Shown here: positions 49,157 through 60,132 of the stretch, one piece after another | How positions within the stretch are numbered: the first letter of the stretch is position 1 | How the letters are laid out: each line of letters begins with the position of its first letter | Assembly: GCA_041920275.1 (NCBI GenBank) | Contig: JAYRSE010000001.1 | Span: 2,004 to 66,003 of the forward strand | Length of the DNA stretch: 64,000 bases | From: Minisyncoccota bacterium | GTDB taxonomy: Bacteria > Patescibacteriota > Minisyncoccia > Phycocordibacterales > UBA12088 | Direction of reading: 5' to 3' | Position numbers and translations under genes: made by a program | Notes under the pieces: model-generated | Databases searched by the model: none | Told to the model about the DNA's origin: nothing | Seen by the model: the letters and a program-made list of their open reading frames with translations, nothing else

Positions 49157-50551
49157 TCACCATTCCTCGTCCGCGCCGCCCGCGGTCGATGTTTCTTCGA
49201 AACCGGCCATGTGTGACTTGTCGATCGAGAGGTAACTTGTTTTCTTTGCGTCGAAATACAGGTCGATCTTTCCTACCGGACCGTTTCGATGTTTCTCGAC
49301 CAAGATCTCGGTCATGTTGTTACGTTCGTTCGGGTCCGCGTTCTTATCTTCGCGATGAATGAACATCACCACGTCGGCGTCTTGTTCGATGGAACCCGAA
49401 TCACGAAGGTCCGAGAGACGCGGCTTGCCACCACGTTGCTCGACAGCGCGTGAAAGCTGTGAGAGGGCGAGTACCGGCACATCGAGTTCGCGTGCAAGCC
49501 CCTTGAGCGAGCGTGAGATCTCCGTCACCTGCTGGACGGTCGAATCGGCGGAATGTTTACCGGTGGGGCTCATGAGTTGCAGATAGTCTACGATGATGAG
49601 CCCGAGTCCATGCTCGCGCTTCATGCGTCGTGCGACGGAGCGCATCGAGAGTATGTTGTTGCCGGGTTTGTCGTCCATATAGATCGGAGCGGTGGATAAT
49701 CGATCGATCGCTTCTCGCACTTGTTCGAATTCGGTGTCCGTGGTCAGGTTTCCGGTACGCAATTTCCATGCATCGACCCGCGCTTCGCTTGCCAACATAC
49801 GGTCGACCAACTGTTGCGAGCTCATCTCGAGCGAAAAGATGCCCACGGCCGTGCCGTGCTGGATCGATGTTTGTCGCGCGATGTCGAGTGCAAGGGCGGT
49901 CTTTCCGACCGATGGACGTGCCGCAAGGATGATAAGGTCGGACCGTTGCAACCCCGCAAGTAGGTTGTCGAGCGAGGGGAAACCGGTGGGAATCCCGCGC
50001 ATCTCATCTTTCGATTTTTGGAGCGTCTCAAAACGATCCCATGCCGATACCAGTTCGTCACGCATGGCGACGAATTTGTGAAGTGAAGGAGTGTTGGTGA
50101 TCTCCATCAAGCGTTTTTCCGCGGAGTCGAGGACATCTTCGAGCTCTCTGCTTTCATCGAAACCGAGCTCCGCGATGAATTCCGCCCCTTCGATGAGCGC
50201 TCGCAAGGTCGCGGTCTTGCCGACCAATCGCGCGTAGTGGTATGCGTTCGCGCTCGCGGGGACGGTGTTCGCAAGGTCGGCAAGGTATGTTCTTCCTCCT
50301 ATACGTTCGAGGTCCTTGGTGGCCTTGAGACGCTCCGAGACCGAAAGTACGTCGATGGGGTCGCTTTTTACAAAAAGGTCTCGGATCGCAGCGAAGATCG
50401 TTCGATGCTTTTCGACATAGAAACTATCGGAAGAGACGATATCGGAGACGTCATACATGCAGTCCGGCTTGAGCATGATCGCGCCCAGTAGACCCTTTTC
50501 GGCATCGATCGCTTGAGGTGGAATGCGGACATGTCCGAGCGAGTTCGACAT
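49157..50551 (-). CDS. dnaB: Replicative DNA helicase DnaB
   Basis: Walker A ARPSVGKT, RecA-like C-terminal domain. 464 aa. Confidence 0.9.
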   Translation of the reverse strand: MSNSLGHVRIPPQAIDAEKGLLGAIMLKPDCMYDVSDIVSSDSFYVEKHRTIFAAIRDLFVKSDPIDVLSVSERLKATKDLERIGGRTYLADLANTVPASANAYHYARLVGKTATLRALIEGAEFIAELGFDESRELEDVLDSAEKRLMEITNTPSLHKFVAMRDELVSAWDRFETLQKSKDEMRGIPTGFPSLDNLLAGLQRSDLIILAARPSVGKTALALDIARQTSIQHGTAVGIFSLEMSSQQLVDRMLASEARVDAWKLRTGNLTTDTEFEQVREAIDRLSTAPIYMDDKPGNNILSMRSVARRMKREHGLGLIIVDYLQLMSPTGKHSADSTVQQVTEISRSLKGLARELDVPVLALSQLSRAVEQRGGKPRLSDLRDSGSIEQDADVVMFIHREDKNADPNERNNMTEILVEKHRNGPVGKIDLYFDAKKTSYLSIDKSHMAGFEETSTAGGADEEW

Positions 50552-50865
50552 AGTTGGTACATTGTATCACCTTCGGACGGTTCGCGTATTTTGACAAAAG
50601 TGTGGACACGGTGCACTAACGGGGGATATCACGAAAGGACCATTTCGCGCACATCTCGAAAAGGCCGCTTCGTCAACGCTGTGTTGTTGAGAGACCGCTC
50701 CTGGGCGTTTTTCCAAGTCGCAGTCTCTCGCCCGAACATGTTGACTTTCGCCACGGTTTCCCTTAACAGAGTATGAGGTGGGTGTGGCAGTTGCCCCGGG
50801 GGACCGGCTCGGGCGATCGATCGTTTCGGTTCTCATGCGCGTTCATTGTGTGATACTATGAACTC

Positions 50866-51531
50866 ATGACCGCACACCACGCTGTTGTCTATGAGGGGGA
50901 CCGCTCTGCGGGATCACAGGTCGCACGATCGTACATAGAGGATGTCCTTGGCGTCAGATATCGGTCCAATCCGGACGTCTGCATCATCGAAGGTGAACAG
51001 TGTACGATACATGATGTGCGCGCACTCAAAGATCGTGCGTATCGTCATGCGTTCGGTGTCGTGCAGGTATTCATCATTGCGTTCGATCGCTTCACGGTGC
51101 AGGCTCAGAACGCATTGTTGAAACTTCTCGAGGAACCGGCTTCGAATACTCATGTGGTGCTTCTCATACCCACGCTCGAGCATTTCATTCCGACCGTGCG
51201 GTCGCGTTTGGAATACGGTGGTGCTGTGCGAGCGGAACACCCCCCCGAACTGCCGTTTGCGCGTGATTTTTTGCGCGCATCCCCCGAAGAGCGCATCGCT
51301 CTCTTGGGTCCTCTTACCAAAAGTGTTCCCGATGCGGAAAAGCCTGCAGCACGGTCTCGCGCGTCTCGGATACTGGATGCGCTTGAGTCATCGCTTGAGG
51401 CATATGGTCCGAGAACACATGCGGATTCGTTACGTGAGGTGTTGTTCGTTCGTCGATACCTTGTCGACACGAGCAGCTCTCTCAAGATGCTGTTCGAACA
51501 CCTTGCGATCACGTTAGATCGTGTCGCATGA
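50866..51531 (+). CDS. holB: DNA polymerase III delta-prime-like clamp-loader subunit (short form)
   Basis: ALLKLLEEP motif and TVRSR sensor motif. 221 aa. Confidence 0.6.
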   Translation: MTAHHAVVYEGDRSAGSQVARSYIEDVLGVRYRSNPDVCIIEGEQCTIHDVRALKDRAYRHAFGVVQVFIIAFDRFTVQAQNALLKLLEEPASNTHVVLLIPTLEHFIPTVRSRLEYGGAVRAEHPPELPFARDFLRASPEERIALLGPLTKSVPDAEKPAARSRASRILDALESSLEAYGPRTHADSLREVLFVRRYLVDTSSSLKMLFEHLAITLDRVA

Positions 51532-51617
51532 ACGGTTTTTCGCACGTGATCGCTTTGGAGTCCGGTGGCACCTTGCGGTATCATGCGAGTGTGTTACCCG
51601 TATAACGGTATATATCT

Positions 51618-52073
51618 ATGCACACAAGATCAATCATCATCGCGGTGCTTTTACTCATCATCTTCGCACTCTCGGTCAATTTGGCGGTCAGGGGTCGCAA
51701 CTCGGAGACCGCTCGTTCGCTCGCCGGGTCGTTCGAGGAATGTGCGCGGCAAGGGAATCCTGTTGCGGAATCATATCCGCGACAATGCACGGATGCGGGT
51801 GGAGCAGTGCATGTGGAACCGTCGTTGGTTGCTGAGCCGGTGGTCGATTTTGGTGATCCACGTTTGACCGTCGCATCCGCACGAGACATGGCTCTCGAGG
51901 CATCTGTATGCACTCGTGAAGGGACGGTTGGTGATTTCGAGACGTTCGATTTCGAGACCGGTGCGTGGCGTTTCTCCATCAAAGGATCCGTTCGAGAATT
52001 TTGCTCGCCCGCATGTGTGGTGTATGACGGAACGGGAAGTGTGGAGTTCGAGTGGCGTTGCGAGGATGAGTAG
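51618..52073 (+). CDS. Secreted/membrane-anchored Cys-containing hypothetical protein
   Basis: N-terminal TM/signal MHTRSIIIAVLLLIIFALSV, soluble domain with 6 Cys. Confidence 0.5.
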   Translation: MHTRSIIIAVLLLIIFALSVNLAVRGRNSETARSLAGSFEECARQGNPVAESYPRQCTDAGGAVHVEPSLVAEPVVDFGDPRLTVASARDMALEASVCTREGTVGDFETFDFETGAWRFSIKGSVREFCSPACVVYDGTGSVEFEWRCEDE

Positions 52074-52234
52074 ACAAACGGTGTCGGAGTTGATGCGGAC
52101 ACTTTCCGAGTCGGGGATATTGGGATATACTTTCACATACTCTGTCATCGGTTCGTGTGCGGGAGGCGTAAGTGAGGGAATGCGCACGGACATGAGGAAC
52201 TTACCAGGTTCGTCGGCGCTGTTCACACATCACC

Positions 52235-52783
52235 ATGTACAATTTCACTACATTCGAACAATCGCTTAGGTCGGTGCAGGAACGTTTTCGTCAAGAGCTT
52301 GCCACGATACGTACCGGTCAGGCGGCACCGTCCATATTGGATCGTGTTCGTGTCGATGCGTACGGTACGCAGGTGCCCATTCAGCAAGTGGGGAGTATCA
52401 CGATCGAGGATGCTCGGACGCTGCGGGTCTCAGCATGGGATCGCGCGCAGGTTCGCGCGCTTGAAGTGGCGATACGGGAAGCGGACCTTGGGGTTTCCGT
52501 TTCCGCAGATGAGAAAGGGGTGCGGGTCTGTTTTCCCGAGCTTACGAGCGATCGACGCACACAACTCACCAAGCTTGCCCGCTCGAAACTCGAAGAAGCG
52601 CGCACCGGTGTTCGTCAGGCGCGCGACCATGTGTGGCAGGACATTCAAAAGATGGAAAAAGACAAACTTCTCTCAGAAGACGATAAATTTCGCGCAAAGG
52701 AGGACATGGAACGACGGGTGCGTGAATCGAATGACGTGCTTGAGAGCATGATGCGCACCAAGGAGGAAGAACTTGAAGCGTAG
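52235..52783 (+). CDS. frr: Ribosome recycling factor
   Basis: 182 aa with canonical RRF sequence. Confidence 0.9.
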   Translation: MYNFTTFEQSLRSVQERFRQELATIRTGQAAPSILDRVRVDAYGTQVPIQQVGSITIEDARTLRVSAWDRAQVRALEVAIREADLGVSVSADEKGVRVCFPELTSDRRTQLTKLARSKLEEARTGVRQARDHVWQDIQKMEKDKLLSEDDKFRAKEDMERRVRESNDVLESMMRTKEEELEA

Positions 52784-52843
52784 TCTCTGCCGACACTCAG
52801 CCCCTCGTACACCGTTCGATTACTTTTCACACCCATACCGATC

Positions 52844-53968
52844 ATGAGCATACTCATATTCATTGCCGTCCTTGTTGTTCTCATTCTCGTTCACGAGCTC
52901 GGACATTTTGCGGTCGCCAAGTGGTTCGGGATCAGGGTCGATGAATTCGGTATCGGTTTTCCTCCAAAGGTGTGGGGGAAGAAGTACGGTGAGACCGAGT
53001 ATACCCTGAATGCATTGCCGATCGGCGGTTTCGTTCGCATTTGGGGTGAAGATCCGACGCAGGAACACTACGAAAACGGTCCCGAAAGTGAGCGAAGTTT
53101 CGTAAAGAAACCTCGGTATGTCCAAGCGTTGGTACTGGTCGCCGGTGTCGGCATGAACTTCCTGCTCGCATTCGTGCTCTATACGATGACCTTCATGCTC
53201 GGCATGCCGACCGCCATCGATGAGAGTGAGGTCGGTCTATCGACATCCGAAACGCGATTGCTCGTCGAGGGTACGGTGCCGGACAGCCCGGCCGCCGATG
53301 CTCTGAAGTATAACGACGAGATCCTGAAGCTTTCTTCCGGTAGCGAAGTGCTTGGAGCAGGTGAGGCGATCGTTCCAAGTGCCGTGATCGGTTTCGTGCA
53401 AGAGCATGCCGGTCAACCGATCGTGTTTAAAGTCTTGCGCGGCGGCGAGGAGGTTATGGTCGAACTTACATCTCGTGCGGGACTTGATCCCGAGGATCCC
53501 GAAAAGGAGCTCGTTGGAGTGCAAATGCAATTGGTGGGCACGCTTGCGTCCGGTCCGTTCGAATCGATCAAGAAGGGGATGGTCCATACCTACGACAGCC
53601 TGCTTCGGGTGTCTTCCGGACTCGGTCATTTCTTCATGCAGGCGATCCGTGGCGATGCGGATCTTGACCAGGTGGCAGGCCCCGTCGGTATGGCGGGCAT
53701 GGTTGGTGAGCAGGCGTCGCGTGGCTTTACTTGGCTCCTTGCGTTCGCTGCGCTGATCTCGCTCAATCTTGCAGTGATCAACCTTTTGCCGATACCGGCA
53801 CTCGATGGTGGTCGTCTGCTTTTTGTACTCATCGAAGCGATCACACGGCGACCCATCAAGCCGGCGTTTGCGGTGCGTGCGAACCAACTTGGATTCTTGG
53901 CGCTTCTGGCACTCATGGCGGTCGTGACCTTGAGCGATCTTTTCAAATTGTTCGGAACGTCGCAGTAA
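52844..53968 (+). CDS. rseP: RIP zinc metalloprotease RseP (site-2 protease, M50)
   Basis: HELGH zinc motif in TM1, PDZ domain, LDG motif. Confidence 0.85.
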   Translation: MSILIFIAVLVVLILVHELGHFAVAKWFGIRVDEFGIGFPPKVWGKKYGETEYTLNALPIGGFVRIWGEDPTQEHYENGPESERSFVKKPRYVQALVLVAGVGMNFLLAFVLYTMTFMLGMPTAIDESEVGLSTSETRLLVEGTVPDSPAADALKYNDEILKLSSGSEVLGAGEAIVPSAVIGFVQEHAGQPIVFKVLRGGEEVMVELTSRAGLDPEDPEKELVGVQMQLVGTLASGPFESIKKGMVHTYDSLLRVSSGLGHFFMQAIRGDADLDQVAGPVGMAGMVGEQASRGFTWLLAFAALISLNLAVINLLPIPALDGGRLLFVLIEAITRRPIKPAFAVRANQLGFLALLALMAVVTLSDLFKLFGTSQ

Positions 53969-53981
53969 TGAATCGGGACGG

Positions 53982-54863
53982 TCAATTTCCCGTACCAAGA
54001 AGGAACGCCTCGTAGGACATCTCTTTTTTCCCCTCAGGGATCACCCTCGTTATCTCGAACAAGTCGTTCCGATACACGGCATCTGTGATCTTGACCCGTA
54101 TCGCCGAACCCGTATCGGTGCGGGTGTGATAGTAGAATGTTCCAGGCCATCCATCCATGGCGCAAAATCGCAGGTACTGTCGGTATGCCGTTTGTGTTCT
54201 GTCGAGTTCTCCATCTTCTTTTTTAAATTTCTTCGTGAAGGTCGCGTGTGTATGATCTTGCTCGTGTGGTGTGATCGAACCTGTCATCCAAAGGGGAATC
54301 ACCTCGGCAAGCAGACGTCCGCCCTCGCGAAAGAGTATCTCATCAAGGATGTTTCCGCGCACCGGCCACTCCGGCAGTTCCACGGTCGCCTGAGCGACCA
54401 AGGGACCGTGGTCCACTTTTTCGTCAAGCTGTATGATCGATACACCCACCGCATCCCGCGCGTCGTCAAGGATCGCGCTTCGTACGGGCGATGGCCCGCG
54501 ATACTTCGGGAGCAGGGAAGGATGCACGTTCAGTACCCCGTATTGCGGGTGAGCGAGTGCCCACCCGGGGAGAATGATGTTGTACGCTGCCACAATGAAT
54601 AGATCAAAAGGAGTGTTCGCGAGTTCTGGAAGCGTGCTCGGATCTTTGAGCGATGCGGTCTGCAGTACCGGTATACCCGCACGGTCCGCCCATGTTTTGA
54701 CCGGCGGAGGAGTGAGTGAGAGGCGCCGCCCGGCCGGCATATCCGGTGCGGTCACAATGAGGTCGGGAACGAAACCACGTTCGCGCAATTCGTCAAGTAC
54801 CCACACAGCGAGCGTCGGTGTGCCAAAAAAAACGGTTCCTTGATTCGCATTTCGCATGGCCAT
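53982..54863 (-). CDS. fmt: Methionyl-tRNA formyltransferase
   Basis: N-terminal VFFGTP..A...L, formyltransferase domain plus C-terminal domain. Start at internal Met MAMRNA. Confidence 0.85.
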   Translation of the reverse strand: MAMRNANQGTVFFGTPTLAVWVLDELRERGFVPDLIVTAPDMPAGRRLSLTPPPVKTWADRAGIPVLQTASLKDPSTLPELANTPFDLFIVAAYNIILPGWALAHPQYGVLNVHPSLLPKYRGPSPVRSAILDDARDAVGVSIIQLDEKVDHGPLVAQATVELPEWPVRGNILDEILFREGGRLLAEVIPLWMTGSITPHEQDHTHATFTKKFKKEDGELDRTQTAYRQYLRFCAMDGWPGTFYYHTRTDTGSAIRVKITDAVYRNDLFEITRVIPEGKKEMSYEAFLLGTGN

Positions 54864-54876
54864 ATCCTTCGGTTCA

Positions 54877-55404
54877 TCATGCACTTTGAACCCCGTCGTG
54901 TTTCTTTGTGACAACATCCCACAGTTCGCCGGCACTGTCGATGAAAAGCACCCCATCGAGATGATCGGTCTCGTGTTGGAACGCTTGAGCCATGAGTCCA
55001 CCAGCACCGCGGACGAACTTGACTCCGTGCTCATCGTACGCCTCTATGGTCACGTTCGTCGAACGTATGATAGTGCCGTACTTTCCGCGCACCGAAAGGC
55101 ATCCCTCGTCGACACGGTGTTTCCGCTTCGAACGTTTGATGATGTTGGGGTTGATGAACACAAAGTGTTCGTCCGCGTTCTCGACCCCGTCTTTCGGGGC
55201 GAACACTTTACGAGAGAGTATGAAGATTCGGAGTGGTATGCCGATCTGTGGCGCCGCGAGCGCCGCACCGTCCGGCTCAGCGTTCAACGCCTGTTCCATG
55301 TCATGCAAGATCGTCCGAACGCGTTGTCCGGAGATCTCACTGATCGGTACCTCCTCGGCACGCTTTCTCAGTACCGTTTCTCCCACTTGTACGATTGTGC
55401 GCAT
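54877..55404 (-). CDS. def: Peptide deformylase
   Basis: Motifs GIGLAAPQIG, EGCLS and HETDH. Start MRTIVQVGE. Confidence 0.85.
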   Translation of the reverse strand: MRTIVQVGETVLRKRAEEVPISEISGQRVRTILHDMEQALNAEPDGAALAAPQIGIPLRIFILSRKVFAPKDGVENADEHFVFINPNIIKRSKRKHRVDEGCLSVRGKYGTIIRSTNVTIEAYDEHGVKFVRGAGGLMAQAFQHETDHLDGVLFIDSAGELWDVVTKKHDGVQSA

Positions 55405-55469
55405 GGATTGCACTATAACAAACATCAGGTGTCTTCTCCAGTGTCGGACGTTCCGGGACACGCGGGTCA

Positions 55470-57371
55470 TCAAAATACCCCGACGGGATTCACTGTGACC
55501 TGTACGATCGGTGGGAATGTTGAGAGTGTTTCAATGAGTCGCTTGTCCGGCCAGGAGGAGCGTCCGATGCGGAGGAACCCGTGCATTTGGATCTTTCCGC
55601 CTGTAACTTTGAGCACTTGCGGATAGATCGCGAATCGATGAACCGCGAGCCGCTCGCTTACTTGGTGCATGATGTCTCGAGTCTGGGATTCGGTCCCGGT
55701 GACGGTCAGTTTAATGAGTACGGTGTATGGGGGGTATCCCATGCGTTTCCGCATCGCAAGCTCGCTTCGGTAGAATCCGGAGAAGTTGCCGTTGAGCGCG
55801 AGAGAAAAAATGTTCGTATCAGGGTGGCGCGTCTGGAGTAAGAATGATCGGGTGGCCATCTCATGCAGGCGAGTCAGTGTGCCGGTGATGCGTTCGTATA
55901 TGTTCCAGTTCGCAAGCGAAAGAAGTGAGTCGAGCGAGACGACCGCCACCACGGGTACGCTGTGCCGTATGTAAGGGAGTGAAAGTTCGGTGCCGACAAG
56001 GATGGACGCGGGAGTGTTGGCGAAATCGTTCGCCGTGCACAATGCGTCACGGTGTGATGGTGCGGTATCGCTCGAGAGTTCGTATACCGTCGTGTTCGGA
56101 AGTCCCGCACGCACTTCTCGTACCACTTGCTCAATACCTATTCCGAGTGTCTCGAGTCGCCAGCTGGTGCAATGTGCGCATCGTTCACGCGCACTGCGGA
56201 CCGCCCCACAGCTGTGGCACATGAAGTGATTTCCCGTTTCTCCCGAGTGGAGTACTACGGATGCGCCACACTCAGCACAGGTCACCACGGTCCCGCAGTC
56301 GCCGCACAGAGTGACCGGCGATAATCCACGGCGCGCGACATAGAGGAACACTCGCTCGCCCTCTGCTATGGCGGATCCGATGTGTGTGCGGAGTTCGGCT
56401 CCAACGGCTCGGAAACGCTGCTTTGGGGGACGCGCGAGACCTGCCTGTGAAAGGATGCATGCCTCCGCGTTGAATCGGAATCGATGGTGTCCCGTCACCA
56501 CCTCTTCGTACTCCCCACACTCTTTGCGATACACGCTCTCAATCGAAAGCGGAAGGTCTGCGAGGTACATCTGTCCTCCGAGCGCGTTTGCGTATTCCAG
56601 GGCGAGCGTGCGTTGATCGATCACAGGGTGGTTGCGTGCGCGGTACATATCGCTCGCTTCGTGTTCGAGTGCGATGGCGCAAAGATCGTTCCGAGGCAAT
56701 CCCAAGAACGCCGGCGTCGTGACGAACAGGATCGGATGACTTTCCTCAAGTGCGGCACGCACCAGCTTCTTCTGTGTGGCGGCCGTGAAGCCGCTGTGTA
56801 ACAGAACGGCGTACCGTTCGATACCTCCACGGAGTGTTTCGTAAAGAGATTCCGCTTCTATGATGGTGGGCGCGACTATGGCGATCGAACCGCCGCTCGC
56901 GAACGCCTCACGGATGGTGCTTTTATAGAATTCACAACGGTGTTCGAACAATCCCTGGAATACACGCGGTACGATGTGGCCGCGCATTCGCGGCTTCGTT
57001 GGGCCGTTCGTATGTCCGACGCCGACAAGGTCGCGGAACACGTTCGGAACGTACCGGGCGAATAGTGCGGAGGGTGAGACCGCGTGTTGTTCCGCGGTCT
57101 TCAGTATCGCTTCGAAGTAGGCGGCCGTGAGCGATGCGTGCGGGGTTTGCTGACGGATCTTTCGTAGCGGATAGGAGGCGGCGCGTACCGAACTGCGCAC
57201 TTCACGAGCGTCTCGGACGTTCGAGACAATCGCCTGCACCTCCTTGGTGCGCATGGGTACGGAAACGATCGCGCCTATGGGATAAGAAACGGCGCTGAAA
57301 TAGGTACACGCGTGCGCGGTTCGACTCTGGGTAAGCGGTAGCACATCGACCGTGAACATGGCGGTCGTCAT
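55470..57371 (-). CDS. priA: Primosomal protein N-prime (PriA helicase)
   Basis: SF2 helicase motifs, Cys-rich zinc insertion CGDCG..CAECG..CHSCG. 633 aa. Confidence 0.85.
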   Translation of the reverse strand: MTTAMFTVDVLPLTQSRTAHACTYFSAVSYPIGAIVSVPMRTKEVQAIVSNVRDAREVRSSVRAASYPLRKIRQQTPHASLTAAYFEAILKTAEQHAVSPSALFARYVPNVFRDLVGVGHTNGPTKPRMRGHIVPRVFQGLFEHRCEFYKSTIREAFASGGSIAIVAPTIIEAESLYETLRGGIERYAVLLHSGFTAATQKKLVRAALEESHPILFVTTPAFLGLPRNDLCAIALEHEASDMYRARNHPVIDQRTLALEYANALGGQMYLADLPLSIESVYRKECGEYEEVVTGHHRFRFNAEACILSQAGLARPPKQRFRAVGAELRTHIGSAIAEGERVFLYVARRGLSPVTLCGDCGTVVTCAECGASVVLHSGETGNHFMCHSCGAVRSARERCAHCTSWRLETLGIGIEQVVREVRAGLPNTTVYELSSDTAPSHRDALCTANDFANTPASILVGTELSLPYIRHSVPVVAVVSLDSLLSLANWNIYERITGTLTRLHEMATRSFLLQTRHPDTNIFSLALNGNFSGFYRSELAMRKRMGYPPYTVLIKLTVTGTESQTRDIMHQVSERLAVHRFAIYPQVLKVTGGKIQMHGFLRIGRSSWPDKRLIETLSTFPPIVQVTVNPVGVF

Positions 57372-57422
57372 TGTACCATGCCGCGTGGTTTTCGGTAGGC
57401 ATGTAAGATCGTCGTGGTGACG

Positions 57423-58769
57423 TCACTGCGCATCTCCGTGTGCGGTCTCGTTCGTGCAGGTTTCGTGTACGATGTCGATGTGTGCCCCGAGCGTGCGCAG
57501 GCGGCCGGCGATATCTTGGTATCCTCGATTGATCATGTAGACGTTGCGGAGCACCGATCTCCCGGTGGCGCCAAGCATGGCAACAAGAAGCACCGCTGCG
57601 GGACGAAGCGCCGGGGGTGCCATGAGTTCCGCCGGACGCAAACGAGTTGGTCCTTCGATGAAGATGCGATGGGGATCGGCAAGCATGGTCTCCGCACCGA
57701 GTTTGTCGAGTTCGGTGAGGTATATTGCCCGTTTCTCGTACATCCAATCGTGAATGAGCGTCGTCCCTTTCGCCTGTGTTGCGATGACCGCAAAAAAGGG
57801 TAAGTTGTCCATATTGAGGCCCGGGTATGGTCGCGCATGTATCTTGTCTTCGACCGCGGTGAGGGTGCTCGGATGTGTCCTGATATCGACAAGTCTGGTC
57901 CGCTTGTTGTACGACCGGTACCGACGCACGATGTCATACTTGAAGCCCATTTTCTCAAGAACGAGAAGTTCCTGCTCCAAGAAATCGATCGGTGCGCGGG
58001 TGATGAGTATTGATGAGCGGGTTACGATCGCCGCGGAAAGGTAGAACATCGCCACTACCGGATCCTCGGAAAGCTCGTATACGATGGGGACGGAAATGCT
58101 CCGCTTTCCATGGACCACAAGCGTGGTGGTACCAACCCCTTCGATGCGCACCCCGCATCGTTCAAGGTAGTGGCATACTTCTTGCACCTGATAGTTTGCG
58201 CTCGCGTACTTTATGGTGGTCTTTCCCGAGATGCTTGCGGCGGCAAGTAGAGCATTCTCCGTTGCGGTATCGCTCGATTCGTACATCACGATCTCGGACG
58301 GGTAGAGACCGCCGTGGGTCACGTGCCACCACCCGTCCTTCGTGTCTATGGAAACACCGAGGCGTTCGAGTGCATAGAAGTGAGGGCGCACCGTTCGGCT
58401 GCCCAGGCGACACCCGCCCGCGTGGGGGAGTTTAAAGTCCTTCAGATGAGCGATGAGCGGTCCGATGAACATGATGATCGAACGTGTCTTTCGAGCCGCA
58501 TGCTCGTCCAGTTTTTCAAGGTCAAAGTGTTTCGGAGGGACGATCACCATGTCGTCCTTTTCCCACACAATGGAAACACCGATCGATTCCAGTACTTCCA
58601 CCAGGCGTTTTACTTCCTCGATGCGCGGCACTCGACGCAAGGTCGTCGGTGCTTTATTGAGCAGTGCGGCGGCAATGAGTCCCATGGCGCCATTCTTAGA
58701 GGTGTCGACCCGGATGGACCCGGTGAGTGGGACACCGCCGTTCACGACAAAATGCATGCTTTGTTCCAT
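57423..58769 (-). CDS. murA: UDP-N-acetylglucosamine 1-carboxyvinyltransferase
   Basis: EPT-family fold; typical MurA N-terminus VNGGVPLTGSIRVDTSKN. Confidence 0.85.
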   Translation of the reverse strand: MEQSMHFVVNGGVPLTGSIRVDTSKNGAMGLIAAALLNKAPTTLRRVPRIEEVKRLVEVLESIGVSIVWEKDDMVIVPPKHFDLEKLDEHAARKTRSIIMFIGPLIAHLKDFKLPHAGGCRLGSRTVRPHFYALERLGVSIDTKDGWWHVTHGGLYPSEIVMYESSDTATENALLAAASISGKTTIKYASANYQVQEVCHYLERCGVRIEGVGTTTLVVHGKRSISVPIVYELSEDPVVAMFYLSAAIVTRSSILITRAPIDFLEQELLVLEKMGFKYDIVRRYRSYNKRTRLVDIRTHPSTLTAVEDKIHARPYPGLNMDNLPFFAVIATQAKGTTLIHDWMYEKRAIYLTELDKLGAETMLADPHRIFIEGPTRLRPAELMAPPALRPAAVLLVAMLGATGRSVLRNVYMINRGYQDIAGRLRTLGAHIDIVHETCTNETAHGDAQ

Positions 58770-59062
58770 ATGTTCGGCAGTATAGCATGCGGTGGCGACC
58801 GGTACGATAGGCACATGTGCCATGCTTTCGGCGCTTGCGTGAACATGGGTCGGGAACGTATAGTATCGACATGGGAGACAATACGAAAACGCGGGCCTAT
58901 GTGGCATTCGCCCTCTCGATCATCTCGGCGGGTATCGCGATCTTCATCTTGAGCTACACGTTGTAAGTCGTTTGCCACCAAGCGTTGTTTTTTGGGTCGG
59001 ACGTCACCCCACGAACCGGCGGAACTGGATTATTCTCCGTTTTCTGTATATGCTTTGAGTGC

Positions 59063-60076
59063 ATGAACTTCTTTGCACCGAAGCTTGGCATTGATCTGGG
59101 CACCACCACAACGCTCGTGTATGTGCCCGGCAAGGGTATCGTGTTCAATGAACCATCCGTGGTGGCCGTTTCGTTGCAGGATCGCCGAGTGCTTGCGGTC
59201 GGTACGGAAGCGAAAACCATGGTCGGGAAGACACCCGAGACGATCGTCGCATACCGCCCCATGAAGGATGGAGTGATCGCGAACTACCATGTGACGGAGA
59301 TCATGCTCGCGTACTACTTCCGTAAGGCGCTTGGTCGATTTAATCCGTTCAAGCCCGAGGTCGTGCTTTCGGTTCCCGCCGGCGTCACTTCGACCGAGCG
59401 TCGTGCGGTCATCGAGGCGGCGGTCAAGGCGGGTGCACGCCATGCTTACGTCATCAAGGAGCCGGTCCTTGCCGCGATCGGTGCCGGTATTCCGATACAT
59501 GAACCTCGTGGACACATCGTGACCGACATCGGGGGAGGAACCATCGATGTCGCGGTCATTTCGCTCGGTGGCATCGTCGCGTCGACGTCGGTCAAGTGTG
59601 CCGGCAATCATCTCGATCGCGCGATCCAGGACTATGTCAAGAAAAAGTTCAATATGGCCATTGGTGAGAAGATGGCCGAGGAGATCAAGATCACGATCGG
59701 GTCGGCACTTCCGCTCCAGGAAGATCTGGTCATGGACGTGAAAGGGCGCGACATCATCTCCGGTCTCCCGCGAACGGCCGAGATCGCGACCATTGATGTG
59801 GTGCGGGCGACCGGCAAGGAGCTGCGTGAGATGATCGAAGCGATCAAAGTGGTGCTGCAGGATACACCACCCGAGATAGCGGCGGATATCATCGATCGAG
59901 GCATCATCATGACCGGTGGCACCTCGCAGTTGCGCAATCTCGACGAGTACATCTTTCGGCGTACGGGCGTACGGGCCACGCTCGCCGAACAGGCGCCCTT
60001 GTGTGTGGCGCGAGGAACGGGTATCGCGCTTTCGCACCTTTCGACCTACAAAAAGAGCCTCTCCACCAAACGGTGA
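59063..60076 (+). CDS. mreB: Rod-shape-determining actin homolog MreB
   Basis: IGIDLGTT phosphate-1 motif; MreB length and sequence. Confidence 0.9.
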   Translation: MNFFAPKLGIDLGTTTTLVYVPGKGIVFNEPSVVAVSLQDRRVLAVGTEAKTMVGKTPETIVAYRPMKDGVIANYHVTEIMLAYYFRKALGRFNPFKPEVVLSVPAGVTSTERRAVIEAAVKAGARHAYVIKEPVLAAIGAGIPIHEPRGHIVTDIGGGTIDVAVISLGGIVASTSVKCAGNHLDRAIQDYVKKKFNMAIGEKMAEEIKITIGSALPLQEDLVMDVKGRDIISGLPRTAEIATIDVVRATGKELREMIEAIKVVLQDTPPEIAADIIDRGIIMTGGTSQLRNLDEYIFRRTGVRATLAEQAPLCVARGTGIALSHLSTYKKSLSTKR

Positions 60077-60132
60077 GATACTATCCACGGTCACGCAGCG
60101 AACATGTCGGCATTCTGGGGTATACTGGTGTC

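Noticed and set aside
50552-50865. DnaA boxes or a replication origin next to dnaB
   Set aside because: Only one weak 6/9 match (TGTGGACAC) and no dnaA or dnaN gene. Not a convincing oriC.
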